A DNA stretch of 63,831 nucleotides, counting the filler, from Licmophora abbreviata (taxonomy: Eukaryota), in assembly GCA_900291995.1 (NCBI GenBank). It is 11 parts of 11 records of this genome, joined end to end, with 100 filler letters (N's around TTAATTAATTAA, not from the genome) between each part and the next. Parts side by side here need not be neighbours in the genome. Positions count along the whole stretch, not along the records: positions 22,844 to 30,788 come from OLMU01000492.1; positions 30,889 to 36,970 come from OLMU01000493.1; positions 37,071 to 41,062 come from OLMU01000494.1; 8 more parts are not named here. The stretch is one strand, 5' to 3'. Below the pieces are notes generated by a model. That model was not told where the DNA came from and ran no database searches. It worked only from the letters and a program-made list of their open reading frames with translations. Positions 24,425 to 37,474 of this stretch are shown piece after piece. The translations under genes were made by a program, and so were the position numbers. Every line of letters starts with the position of its first letter. The first letter of the stretch is position 1.

Positions 24425-26033
24425 TCACTCGAGCAGGGTGCTGTAGTCTGCTCCCATGTACGCGGTAACAGTCTTCAGTCTACCGTTCATGTAGTGTTCC
24501 TCCAACTTCATATTACCTCTGTATCCTGCGGCCAGCGCGGCTTGGCCGAGCGATGTCTTGTTGGTGTTTCGTGGCAAATCGTAAACGACCAAACGGCTTC
24601 GCGTCGCCGCAGCGGCCATCTTGACCAGCTCAACCCCATTCACGTACTCTCCGTCATCGTGGGCGGCACTATACAAAAGTCCGGGTTTGGTCTTCGGCCG
24701 AGCCGGCTGTGTGCTGAACGTGTCAAAAAAATCGTCAGCCACTCCCGCAACCACTGCTGTATCCGGTTCGGGTGGGGCTTTGCCAGGGCCCACTTTGATC
24801 CTCATGTGCTTTTCCAAATCATATCCCTCTTTCAAGCGATAATAGTCGACACCACCCCAGGGTGGATCCATAAATATTGCATCGATGCGTCGTGACAGTA
24901 CGTTCAGCCCGCCAATTCGGTAACCAGCGTACGACTCGGTCCGCACCGATGGGGGCATGTTAGGCAAGTTTCCAATGCGAAGCTTATCGATCTGCAGCTC
25001 GCCACCCTTGTAGCACTCTGCAATAATGAACATAGTATTGCATTCCACAAAGACTAACTTGTCGGTTGGAATTTCGTATAGCGACGCATTGTACGCGGCC
25101 TTTCGTAGCTTGGACCGATCCACGTCTACGCAGATCACGAGCGAGATCTGATCTGAGGGTACCTTTCCAAAGGCGATTGCATTTCCCCCACATCCACAGA
25201 AGGCATCCAATACTACAATGCCTTCACTTTCGCTGGAGTATTGCGCGTGGTAGACTCGAAGCAGTTAGACATCGGACATACAAGGTCTCTACACATAGAA
25301 CGACGAGCGAGCCGCTCAAAACATACCTGAGATCCGATCCAGGCAACCCCCTCCGAAACGCACTTGAGTTCGACAAGTTCCCAACTCGCTCCGCAACGTG
25401 ATCGGCAATCATCTCGGGAGTAACGGAAAACCATCCCTCCGAATCAAGCTGTACACCCATATCGAACCGACTGAACAAACGACGCCGTTGCGCCCAATAC
25501 TTGTCATGAACCACCTCGGGTGGATGGGGATTCGGAATGCTGGTATCCATCAAGTGGAACCCAGGGCCACCCTCATCAGACATCGTCTTGTTTTCAATTC
25601 TTGGCGCCCGGGCCACGGCTACCTTGTTGGCCGTCGTCGTAGTTTCTGTTGCGACCCAACATGACATGTCGGGAGCGAAATGGTAGGGCGCCACGTCATG
25701 AACGTCGCTTTGACTGTGCTGGTGGTGCCGATTGTGATATGACTGTTCCTCCTTCATCTGTGTCTCGCGGAAGTCGTCCTCATCCCACAGCTTGACTCGA
25801 TTGACAATCACAGTCATGTCAGCTGGTCGTGGGGAACTCTTCTTGGGTGATGGCGTGTGTCGCTTCTTGTGATGATGCGGCGTCTTAGTTAGGGGAAAAG
25901 CCTCTTCGATTTCATCTCGAGGTACCACAGGAGACGCTGTTACCGTTTTAGACTTGTGATGATGACGATGATGGCTTCCATTTTCTCTGCGGCGATCGCT
26001 ACCTCTAGACTTGTTGGGCTGCGGCGACGACAT
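24425..26033 (-). CDS. TGS1: Trimethylguanosine synthase (snRNA/snoRNA cap hypermethylase); intron 25233-25326
   Basis: [39 protein letters not shown]; spliced [35 protein letters not shown]. Confidence 0.93.
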
Positions 26034-26409
26034 GCTTTGTATATATTTTATGAATGCTTGACTCTACAAAGTCAGCCTAAATTTGTACAGAATCTTTTCC
26101 GCGACATTTGGTTCACGACTTTATATTCTCGGTACCAGTCTTTCAAGAGGCGTCGTGTGGCGGCGAAATCAGGAGCGCATCGCCATGGTCTTTTGTGGTG
26201 AGTTCTTCTTGATCTCTCTCAGCCGCAGAAAAAGGGATCGGCCGATGAGCAGACCGATCAAATCTGTATGTCGTACGGAGTGTATGTATCCCCCACCGCG
26301 CGCTCTATGTGACGTGTCATGTTGAATGTGGTCCATTCATTTTCCTGCCCGAGATATGCACCATTGCAAGCACGTTCAGCACAACACACAACATCACCAA
26401 CATTCGACC

Positions 26410-27696
26410 ATGGCCAAGGGCAAGAAGCGCGGCCGCGCCAGCGCAAACTCCTGGACGGGGTTCGACCATGCGGCTCGGTCTCTTAAGAAAAATAAGGGGG
26501 ACGAAGGCGCATCATTGTCAGAAGGACAGCGTCGCACGTTGGCGCGAACTCATGATTCGAAAGAGAAACGCGAAACCAAGAAACTCAAGCTGCACATTGC
26601 CAAGACACAGCGTGATGTTGAGAAGCTAAGGCATCGATTGCAGAATTGGGACGACAAGGAAGAGGCTGAGAGGCGAAAGGAAGAAGAACGACAGGAGTCA
26701 GACGAGCCGACTAGGAAGCAGGGGCGCAAGGGCCCCGAGAGCTGGAAGCTGCGTGGCGCGGCAAGGCCTGCTGCCGAAGTGTACGATTTTGATACCCGTT
26801 ATGTCGATCCTCATATCAAAGCCCATGACGAGGCTTCCTCAAAATTTAAGCGACAGAGAAACATTCTCGTGATCTACAAGGGTCGCATGGGAGAGGATGG
26901 AGACGACGGCCCTCCGCAGCCTCAAAGTCGGAATCTGCTGGCGCTCCTTATGCAGCTAGGACTGCTGTGTCTGCAGGCTCAAAAGTACAAGGCAGCCCGC
27001 GCGGCCTTCCTGGAATGTTTGGCTTTGGATGGGACGGATGAACCAATTACAAACGCTCGAACCAGACTCATGAGACTATACCTTGAGGCAAACCGCCCTG
27101 ACTCGGCACGTCGACTTTGGGAGACCATGCCGAACGATACATCTGCCTGGATCCGTTTCTCCGCGGCTTTGGTGGAATATGTGAGCTGGAAATTACTTGA
27201 GGAGTCGGGCAGTAGTCGTGCATCGGCAGAGGCGCTTCTCGCACAGGCTATTAGAAGCAATTGTTTATGCGCTTTCTACATTGCGTTTCATGATGTGTTT
27301 GAGAGCGTCATGGAGTACACGGACGAAATTGAGGATGCGGACGAAGGCACTTTGGAAGAAGCTATTGAATACTGTAACAGTGAGCAGTGGGGTGCTTGGA
27401 CTGGAACAGAGGGAGCCGTAGAGTGGGTTCGCAAGGTCATATTGAGGTCACTGCAGGGCGTTGGTGGCGGCGTACTAAATATTTCGGACCTAGGTTGGAA
27501 CGAACGGCTTCGCCAGTACGAGGAGAACCATCCCTCGGCCAAACCCGATCTTTCTGGAGAACATGTCGACGGAAGCAACGATGGTGAAACTGACGATGCT
27601 ATCGACGTCGCTATGTTTGCAGGGATGTTCCGCACTGCTATGGACATGTTGGAGGAATCTGGTGAGCTCAGCAAGCCGGCTGACGACAGCACATGA
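26410..27696 (+). CDS. Uncharacterised protein: basic N-terminus plus TPR-like helical region
   Basis: 428-codon ORF from ATG 26410; KYKAARAAFLECLALD..NARTRLMRLYLE resembles TPR helices. Confidence 0.7.
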   Translation: MAKGKKRGRASANSWTGFDHAARSLKKNKGDEGASLSEGQRRTLARTHDSKEKRETKKLKLHIAKTQRDVEKLRHRLQNWDDKEEAERRKEEERQESDEPTRKQGRKGPESWKLRGAARPAAEVYDFDTRYVDPHIKAHDEASSKFKRQRNILVIYKGRMGEDGDDGPPQPQSRNLLALLMQLGLLCLQAQKYKAARAAFLECLALDGTDEPITNARTRLMRLYLEANRPDSARRLWETMPNDTSAWIRFSAALVEYVSWKLLEESGSSRASAEALLAQAIRSNCLCAFYIAFHDVFESVMEYTDEIEDADEGTLEEAIEYCNSEQWGAWTGTEGAVEWVRKVILRSLQGVGGGVLNISDLGWNERLRQYEENHPSAKPDLSGEHVDGSNDGETDDAIDVAMFAGMFRTAMDMLEESGELSKPADDST

Positions 27697-27772
27697 AATG
27701 ACGATCGGGATACGATGACAAAATAGCCCAGACGACAGTGTATCGCTGTTTCCTTATTACTCGTTATGCACT

Positions 27773-29679
27773 CTACTCCGACTTCTTGGGCTCGGATGTG
27801 CCGAGAATGAGATTCAGACTTGGACTCGTCAGTATATTCTTCGGGTCCAACTCCTTGCGCGTGTCATTGAATAGATCAAGAGGATATCTGAGATTCAGAA
27901 ACAACTGCAGATCCATTAGCGACCACACCGAGTGGGGACGTTCTAGTTTTGCCCAGTGGCTAGCGGCGTTGAAGGGTGCGCCTACGGCACGCATGAGGTT
28001 GCAGTATTGTCGGGTGAACCGATTCGTGATAGCTCTCCGCTGCGCTTCGTCATCGGAAGGAAGATACATGATTATGCCGATCCAGGAGTGAAGTCCATTC
28101 GGTGGCCCGTGGGCTGGAGACATAAAGGACGATGAAGATGCGCTCCAGCGCTGTTCGATGGGTGAAGGCGCAGCGACGCCCTGTTTCTCGATGCCAGCAA
28201 GAAGGTTCTCCATGTACTTCATGTCACTTCCATCATCTTGTTCGTATGTGCCGGTCGGAATACATACCTCCCACACCCATTGCTGCAATTGAAAGAATCC
28301 ACAGCGTAAGCGCTTGGTGATTGACATAACAGCTAAAGAAATTGCGCATTGTATCTCACCTGTCCACCACAGTCGAACTGTAGTAGCTCATCGCTTGGCT
28401 TGATTTGATAGCCTTCGCTTCGCCGCCAGAACTCGGCTTCAGCAGCGTTCACTCGCTTCACGTGTCCCACTCCGAGAGGATCGACTGCGAGCAAGGCGTC
28501 ACGCAGCTCGCCAAACGCCATTCCTTTCATCGACTCGTTGGTGTAGGGTTCCGCGGCATCCTTTGTCAGATCCGTCAGCAAGTCTTTCAATGGCCGAAAG
28601 CGTTCCTCATCTGTAAATGAAGTCGCCTTCTTTGGAAGCTCGCCGATCTTGTCCTGCGGATCATTCGTCACCACCACGACAGCATCTTCATATGGAATCC
28701 ACATGTACCGAACGTGTTTGTAAGACTTCAAGAGCGTGTCCAGCTGTTTCACCGCTTCTTTCCGAGTAAGAACAAAGGTATGCTCCACAAGCTGATGGGC
28801 TGGAATGCATTTCATCGTCACTTCCGCTACTACGCCTAGACAGCCCAAGCCGACCTTGGCCAAGTGAAATAGGTCGCCGTCGTCCTCAGTCAGCACAATC
28901 GTCCCTTTACCCGGAGTCACAAGCTTGAGTGATGTAACGTAATGATCAACAGGGGCAATCCTAGCCCCAGTGCCGTGCGCTCCGACCTGGACAAAGCCAC
29001 CCATCTGCTGCTCGGCGATGCTAGCTAGGTTCGGTAACGTCATGCCGTGGGGTCGAAGAGCTTCCACAACCTACGAGGAGACCAGAGGCTCGAAACGTCA
29101 GAAGCACACACCGCTAAAAGTTTGAGGTGACGACAAGATCCCCCCGCCCCCCTATATCACACTCACCTGGCTTACTCGAGCTCCTGATTGCACAGTTACT
29201 GTCATGTTTTCCTTGTCCACCTTGAGAACCTTGTCGAGATTCATCAAGCTCACCATGCCGCCGGGGTGAAAGGCGATCCCGCTCGGACTCAGAGCCGAAC
29301 CCAGCGGTCGGACCGGTATTTTCGCTCCGTGACACTCTTTCACAATAGCCTCGAGCTCCTCGACAGTTTCAGGTTCCCAGAGTCGATCATTCTGTACGTG
29401 GACTGCATGCGTGCCGCTCCAATTGAGTATCGTTGTGGTACTGTCCTCGTCCTCCTCTAAAAGAACTGGCTCTTGATGCCTTGAGCAGTAAGCAGACATT
29501 GCCGCCATGAGTCCTACACCAACAGCAGCTGTTAGAGCCTTGTTGGATCCATCCACTCCCGCGGTATGGCCCGACGACGCATGTGATGCGATGGCTCGTT
29601 TGGCCACGTCCCGCCTCCTGATGCCTCTCATCATCGACCGCGTCAGAATCATCCGCTTCAGGTAAAGATAAGCAGACAT
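27773..29679 (-). CDS. GLDH: L-galactono-1,4-lactone dehydrogenase (terminal enzyme of ascorbate biosynthesis); introns 29071-29166 and 28283-28359
   Basis: LNWSGTHAV, RPLGSALSPSG, NLASIAEQQMGGFVQVGAHGTGA, FDCGGQQWVWEV, PIEQRWS, SWIGIIMYLP, HWAKLE, LDPKNIL; start codon uncertain (29679 or 29652). Confidence 0.95.
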
Positions 29680-29971
29680 GATCAGTACAGCTGGGACTTT
29701 CAGATCGTTGAGGAGCAACAAGAAACCTACACGGGAAACAACGACAGTCTAGCGTCAAGTCCCACTGATGATGAGAGCTGCGTTTTGCAAAATGATCACA
29801 AACATCGCAGCGTCAGACCACATCACATCATCTCTCACATCGCGGATCGCGGCGTCACACCAAGAAACTCATCAGCCGCGCGAGCTCGCGCGATAGCTTC
29901 CCGCCAAAACCACAGCGACGCAAAGCGTCCAAGACTTTATGTAGAGCGTAATGAATTCTTACAAGTTATTG

Positions 29972-32900
29972 TTACAAGTTCATACTACGGCGTCTTCGGA
30001 CGTTCTGCAGCGTTATCTGTCGGCATTTGAAAGTAAATGGCATGTATGAAACGTCAATACGGGCTGCTCCTGCCTCCATTGCTTCTCTTAGCAACGGAGA
30101 GCGGTCGTCCTCAAAGTATCGATCAATCGTTCGGAGCACATCCATAATAGATCCCTTCCCCCCAAAATCAAGTGCATACCACTGGCAAACACGAGGAAGT
30201 AGAATAGTGTATCTGCCGCCGTCACTTCGTTCCAACCGAACGTGTTCCAGCGCTTGAAGGGAAGCGGTCTCCAGCTGCATCTCGAGAATGTCGGTCTTGA
30301 AACTAGGGATACGCGCGGGGTTGCTGGTTGATCCGTTATTGAGGACAAAATTGATTCGATAGTCGGGTGTAATGAGCGCATCGCGGTAACAACTCTTCGG
30401 CGCAACCACTGCCTTTGGTGCGTGAGTTGGACTTGACATCGGAGCTCGAATGATACAATGCTCTAGCTCCATAAGAGTGAAGACATCATCTGAAACCTGG
30501 TACGATGCCATCCCGAAGATCTCTATCATCTCAGCGCTAGACTGAGGCGCACCGAAAATAATCGATATGTGCATGACCATGAGGTGGTATAGATTGGTGT
30601 AAAAAACAAGCCTTTCTTCTTCTGTCAGAGAAGATGTTCTCACGTCTTTCAATCGTGTCGTGGCGTCAAGGAAGCTTACAATAAATTCCTCCATAGAGGC
30701 CGCTTGCACCTGATAGATGAGCTCCATTGCTTCTTCCACGGCAGTCAGCGCATTCATTTCTTCAGGGGGCCGCCGGAATGAAAGCTTCNNNNNNNNNNNN
30801 NNNNNNNNNNNNNNNNNNNNNNNNNNNNNNNNTTAATTAATTAANNNNNNNNNNNNNNNNNNNNNNNNNNNNNNNNNNNNNNNNNNNNCTCCGTTTCCAG
30901 AGTCGAAAGACGTGGCGAGCACAAAGATGATACGCTCATTTCTGACTCCTTTGTGTCGAAATACATGTGGAACTCATCCGCGGTCCGGAAGACGACACGC
31001 GTGCCCCTATTCACATTAAAGGCAAAGTGCGTTGAATACGTGTTTCCTCCGGGCGACAGCATTTCGATCCATGCAGGGCAGAAGCTGTCTGACTTGTCCA
31101 GTAACTCTTGTGATGCCTCCAGTAGAGCAGTGCGAGCCTTCATGACCGTCTGCAGCTTGCTGTCGCTCGGATCCTCAGACCAACGTTCACAATCTGTATC
31201 GTCTCCAGAGCGCTCGTCTAAGTCTCCGAGAACTCTCACTTTTTTCCAGGCGGGCCAATCGTTGCTTGCGTACTCGAGAGACGGATCCTCGCCATGATTT
31301 TTTATCTGCCAATGGGCATGAATGGAAATCATAGTGAGAAACACATGCTTACAGAAAACATACCGCAGAAGCACTCATACTCACCTCCAGCGCAAATGCA
31401 TAATTGTTGTATTCATGGAGATGCAAATCACGTTCGCTTCTGTCGTAAAGGACCAGCCGAAGAGGAGAGTCTCGACAGAGCTGACGAAGGCCGATGTCGT
31501 CCATGCCATGGAGCCCTTTCAGTTGCCAGTTCGAGATATCTAGGATCGAAGAGAAGATAGCCAGCGAAAAGATATCACGCGTGCGCCATTCGCCTTTCGA
31601 ACCAGAAGCCCTTCTCGCAGAGATAGAGGCGGGCGACTCAGGGAAGGGTTTGTCGAGAGGCGGGGGCACACAAGGCGTCTTTGTAATGACGACTCGATCG
31701 AACAATGTCCACGCAGGCATAACGATGTGAGGTCGCTCCGCATTCTGCAAGTCTCCAAAAGAGTAGTTCATGTCAGGATTAGTCTTTTGCAGTTTTCTCA
31801 GGATAGTACCAGCAAATGTTTGCATCATGACTCCTGCATCCATCATCTCGATCAATTCAACGCCAGCGTACAGCGTGCCCCTCGGCGGCTGTCGAAAACG
31901 GCCTTGAAGCTGCAAACTGAACTGCGGCGGTAATATATTAGGCTAGTTAGGAATGTTGACGGCAATGGTGCTTCGTAGCTTGAGAAAACACGAACTTACT
32001 CTGTTTGGAAAAATCTTCTCGTCGTAGATTGTATCGTCCTCCAGATCTGACGGCCTTGCGATTATTGCCATTTTCCCAATGAAAAGATCCGTCTCAATAG
32101 AGATAGGCGCATGGGTATTCAACAATACACCACTAATCATTTCTTTGCTTTCACCCAGCACACTGAGTGATAGTGATTCGAAACTACGCTGTGTGTTGCT
32201 ATCCGTCGCGCGAGGAGTCAGTAGGGAACCCGAGCGCTCTTTATGTCCAATTGCGTATTCCCCTTCAATCTCATCCAGAATGCTGTCATCTACTACCGCA
32301 GTCGTTGACAATCTACCTCCACTCATGGCGTCATCTTTCGATGATCGCAGGGAGACTCTGCCATAGAGATGCCTGCCTTCTTTCGACTCGAGCAGTGTCG
32401 GGGTCATCAAAATTAGTCTACCTCCTCCATGTAAGCCGAGAACGACAAGTCTAGCAAAATCTTGTTTCCATGTTCCTATGGTCTCGTTCACAAGCAAGGT
32501 TGATGACGGCTCGTACGAGCGATCTATCGAAGTCAAAATTTCTGTCTCCTCAAGCAGCAAGGTAGCGACCTTGCAACTGAGTCGGGATGTCTTTCCCAGA
32601 GCCTTGACACGCGACGATCAAGAGCGTAAGACGATCGTCATCTCTCCTATTTTTGTCGAAAAAGGTGACACATTCTTTTGTGTGTTGTTTAATCTCAAAC
32701 GCCTCGCGAAAGAGCTGCGTCATCGTGTTGGCGTCGCGTTCGACGCTTGTCGAGCCGAGTACCACCAGATGTTTTCGGTTCTGCTGGTTCACAGGAGACT
32801 CTGTCGAGCGTCGGTAGCGAGTGGGAAGCTTACTTTCTGTTGAGGCAGGTTGTCTTGAAGGTGCATTACGGCCTACGTCCCAATGACTGGCAGCTCGCTC

Positions 32901-32996
32901 GGGCATTTGTGTGCGGATTTCTTCCGAAAGTCCCATCGTCACCTTTCGGAATGACTGATTTGAGAACAGCCCTCGAGCCGTCCATCTAGTCTCCAT
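29972..32996 (-). CDS. DUF1769 + DUF547 domain protein, paralog A (diverged; frame break near 32550-32616; middle lost in gap 30789-30888)
   Basis: PISIETDLFIGK, FSLQLQGRF, HIVMPAWTLFDRVVIT, RLVFYTNLYHLMVMH, TLMELEHCIIR, DYRINFVLNNGS, LPRVCQWY; collinear with paralog B. Confidence 0.72.
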
Positions 32997-33379
32997 AACT
33001 TCCGTTTCCTTCGTTAGGAGACCTTTTGAAGGGTGAAATGGGAATGGGGAGAGAAAATACCGTCGAGCAACCTTCTGTTTGTTTGTTGTGTGTTGTATGA
33101 AAATGTGACAGTAGATCGCATCAGGCCCAACCACAATAAATCCCAAGCATTGTGACTCTTTGGAAACAAGTCTCTCCGTCGTCCGTCGTTTCGTTCAATG
33201 ATGGCACGAGCAAAACGATTCGATTCGATTCATTTCAAGGGTCTGCCATTTTGTATCTGACAGAAAGGAGCACTACGTCCTAAGAGGCTGTCTAACTATT
33301 GCACTACCGGTACAGTCCTGGATGGCACGATACGTAAAATAATGCATTTCATCAAATCACACTGAACATTTACTGATGC

Positions 33380-36300
33380 TTATTCTATTGAAAAGGGGCT
33401 TTCAGTCCTCACCAGTCTAAGATTTCGGCACTCAAAGCTGTAGGATAGATGCTTCACTTGGATATCGCTGAGATTGAAACGGCCCTCGGACTCGGAATAG
33501 CAAGCGGCCAAAAGAGCGCGCTTCTCACCATTAAGAAATTTTCTCACGGTCACCAGAACGCCGTTCATAGATCCATTTCCGATATCGTTGGAGAACCACT
33601 GGCATACCTTCGGGAGAGACACTACGATTCCTGAGGACGAACGACTCGACTTTCGAGATACCTGGACTGCCCTCTGTATGTACAAGCGAGTGGCATCATC
33701 CAGCTGTTGATCCAACAGAGAAGCGGTGTATATAGGTACGCAGTCTGGATTACTCGACGAGCCGCAGTTTAGAGCAAAGCAGATCCTGTAGTCCGGACTT
33801 GAAAGGGCGAATCGATATTGCGCCCGAGGCAGCACAAATTTGGAAATGAACTGCGAAGGATAGTCCATCGCTGCTCTGATAATACAGTGTTCAAGTTCTG
33901 CAAGTGAGAAAACATCATCAGAGCACTGGTAGGAGATTGTGTTAAAATAACTGATCCATTTGAACGCAGAATCAGGCGGCCCAAGCAGCAGGAAGGCATG
34001 CATAATCAAGGTGTGATACACGTTGAGAAAAAATGCTAATCGCTCATTTTCGTCCATACGGTACGCGTCCACATCTTTCAGGGCGGCTGCACTCTCAAGG
34101 AAGCCTCTTATCGTTAGATCATCTGACTCGTCGCGTGGCTTCAAGGCCTGGACGAGAACATCCGTCACCAGGGCATGAGGATCGCAGGCCTGTGAATTTG
34201 ACGCACGAAAGGAAAATATCCCACAATTCAGAATCCTTCTCTGCTTGCAATTCCACATTGAGCTTTTGTGCAAGAACTCGTCCGTCGGATCGTCGACTGT
34301 TAGCCAAAGGTCATTCGCACTGCTACCCGAAGAGTCGACAGACTGACCACCATCTCGATCTGGAATAATGCTCGCGATAGCGTCGATCCACTCCTCCGCT
34401 TTCGACTCTGTGGAAAACATCAAATAGATGCTTCTACCAAGCATTCCGATCTCCACGAAAGAGTGCGACGGCAGGAGCGGCGCCTGAGCAGTCGGGAGTT
34501 TTTGGACTTTCAAAACCTTACGAAGGCTCACGCGAAAGTGTGGCTTGTGCTTTTCCGGATTATAGAATGAGACATACTGGTCCGTAACGACTCCCCATTC
34601 CTCGATCCAGTGACGATCGCTAATTGCTCGCGCAACGTATCCCGCGAGTTTCATAGACGCCGATCGCTTTGGCGATACAATACGCGGTTTGCGTCGCAGA
34701 AAATTTCTGTCTATCTCCGTACGCAGGTTCCTGAAATCGCCAACAATTTTCACCACTCCTGGGCTCGGATCAATTGCCGCATTCGCTAGTGCAATTCCGG
34801 CTATGCGGCGCCGCTTCTCGGTTGAGGACAGTCTGGGCGACCACACTTCGTCCACGGTCCCCCTCGCATCGTCAGTGGCAAAGAAAGCCTCCACCTCTTG
34901 ATATGTCCGCAATATGGTCTCCGAAGAACCAGAGCTCGGAAAAGCAAACACAGTCACGTACCGCCCCTTGTGTGTAACTTCAATCCATGCGGGACATGAC
35001 GAGTCAACTCTAGCCAGAAGCTTCATTGGACTGGACCCATGGAGCGACGAGGAAACCAATTCATCCTTGTCCAACTCGTGATCTGAGTTCTCCTCCTCAG
35101 CATCGAAGAAGAAGAACTCGTCGCCATCAGCCTCGTTGACAAAAAATGTGCCGGATTCCTGTCGATCGCCGCGTTGTAACTTGCTGGGTCGTCGGCCTTT
35201 GTCCCAAGGAAGGACGCTGACATCTTCTTCTTGCTCAGCGCCCGCAGAAAGTCCGAGAAATTTGATCTAATAAAAGGAATCAGGAAAGACTTCTAAGTGT
35301 GAGTGTAGATCCAGGGCAACCATCATGTGGACGTATATAGCATCGCAGTAGTACCTGCAATACAAATGCGTATCGATTCTGCGATGCAAGGTGCCGATCA
35401 TCCCTTCCAGTCTTCTCGTACACTGAAAGTCGACAGTCCGAGTTCCTCCAAAACGTATGAAGGTCGATGTCGTTCATAACTGGCGCGTTTACAAGCCTCC
35501 ACTGAGCGAGATCAAAGTACATGGTGAAGAACGACATGGAGTAGGTGTCTTCGGTGTTCCATTGAGGCTTCGTACGGAGTGCCTTTCGCGCTGCAACCGA
35601 TTCTTTCGATTCGACAAACTCTTCACCCATGCGAGGGGGTGTGTCTCCGGGCTTCGTAACAACGAATCGCTCAAAGCAGCTCCATGCGGGAGAGACGATG
35701 TGTGCTCTCTCCTTGTCACTTCCAAAGGAGTAGTGCAGGTGCGAGTTAAACGACTTGAGGAACTTCAACAAAGCGCCACATAGACCTTTGGTGATGAGCC
35801 CGAGTTTCATCGGATCTGTGATCTCGAAACCTGCGTACACTGGATTCTGGGGTACGTACTTGAACTTGCCCTGTAGTTGACAAATGAACCTTCGCTTCTT
35901 TTTCGAAAATATGCGCTCGTTCCAGTAGGGGTCGACTGTCGGATCAATAGGCCGTAGAACTAGCAAGAAACGCCCAACAAACAGGTCTGTCTCCACTGGA
36001 ATCGCAACGGGCGAATTTGCAGGAATATTGGGTTGCATCACACCATCTGACACTAAAACGCTGCATGCAAGAGAAGGAATCAAATTCTTGGCGGCGCCTG
36101 TCTGTGCAATTAACTCCTCATGTTCTTCCTCCATGATCGCTTTGCCATTCATATCGACGTCAACCAGCATCTCCTCTTTCAGTGAATCACTAAAACTGGA
36201 GTCTCCAGTAGCGACCGAATTCTCGTCGAGGGTTTCCACTACACCTTTCTTTGATACAAGTGCCATGGTCAGTTGTTCACGTGCAGCCTGAGTCGCCGTC

Positions 36301-36734
36301 CAGTCGGTTGACAAAATGACAAGAGAGCTGCCGCCCGGCAGTGAGAGTTGCATCGAAGTCTCGTTCGAGCCGAAATCAACAGGCACTGACAAGCTTCGGC
36401 AGTTACGAATCGCTCCGCCGATGGTATCATTGGAAAGGATCAAAATCGCCGGATCGCGAGGGCTGCTTGATGACTCGCCATGAAGAATAATGAGGGACAT
36501 CATGGCCCCTTCCCAACTCAGAGTCACCGAATTCGTTGACTGCCATCGCTCAACTTGGAAACCAGGGAAGATATTAACCAAAAAAGCAGCATCTTCCTCT
36601 GGGGCTGTAGATCTCACGATTGAAACTTGTAAATTGGCGATCATCGGAACGTCAGAGCCCATGGAATCGACTTCGATGAGTATAGTATCGGCCGATCCTT
36701 GGGTTGCTCTTTCCACCCACAATCTCGCCTCCTA
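33380..36734 (-). CDS. DUF1769 + PH-like + DUF547 domain protein, paralog B; intron 35267-35354; start codon not resolved
   Basis: AIPVETDLFVGRF, KKRRFICQLQGKF, HIVSPAWSCFERFVVTKPG, PH-like RHWIEEWGVVT..YLMFSTESKAEEWIDAI, RLAFFLNVYHTLIMHA, SLAELEHCIIR, DYRICFALNCGS, LPKVCQWF. Confidence 0.82.
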
Positions 36735-37332
36735 AAGGCCGGTTCCTGTACTTCCAAAGCAATTTCCTTGGTATCCAAGATGACTGTGGCCTAACTTTGA
36801 CTCGTTGTTGAGCACATAAGGAGCTCTGAGAGTAAAAAAAATCAACAACAAGTGTTAACAGTGTGCAGTGTGACGAGATTGTGGGCGACGACGCCGCCGG
36901 CGCCAATTGATGTGAATTGTTTTGTGATGCGCGTGGCGCGAAAAGCTCGAGAAGAGAAAGCGTGCGGGGANNNNNNNNNNNNNNNNNNNNNNNNNNNNNN
37001 NNNNNNNNNNNNNNTTAATTAATTAANNNNNNNNNNNNNNNNNNNNNNNNNNNNNNNNNNNNNNNNNNNNATCCTTGGGTTGTTCTTTCCACCCACAATC
37101 GCGCCTCCTAAAGGCCGGTTCCTGTACTTCCAAACCAATTTCCTTGATATCCAAGATGACTGTGGCCTACTTTGAATCGTTGTTAAGCAAATAAGGAGCT
37201 CTGAGAGTAAAAAAAATCAACAACAAGTGTTAACAGTGTGCAGTTTGACGAGATTGTGGGCGACGCCGCCGGCGCCAATTGATGTGAATTGTTTTGTGAT
37301 GCGCGTGGCGCGAAAAGCTCGAGAAGAGAAAG
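36695..37332. repeat. ~265-bp near-identical direct duplicate flanking a gap (36695-36961 vs 37071-37332); probably two alleles
   Basis: Alignment by eye shows about ten differences (SNPs plus 1-bp and 3-bp indels). Confidence 0.9.
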
Positions 37333-37474
37333 CGGGGATCTTAACTCTCTCCGGGTTGCGACTTCAACGATGTTCGTCTCTATAAGGCTCAACAGAAGTC
37401 GGCGACAACGCCACGCACACATTAGCTAGGCTTTTGCTTATCAAGAAGTAGAGTTTCGCATTTTTTTTCTTTTG

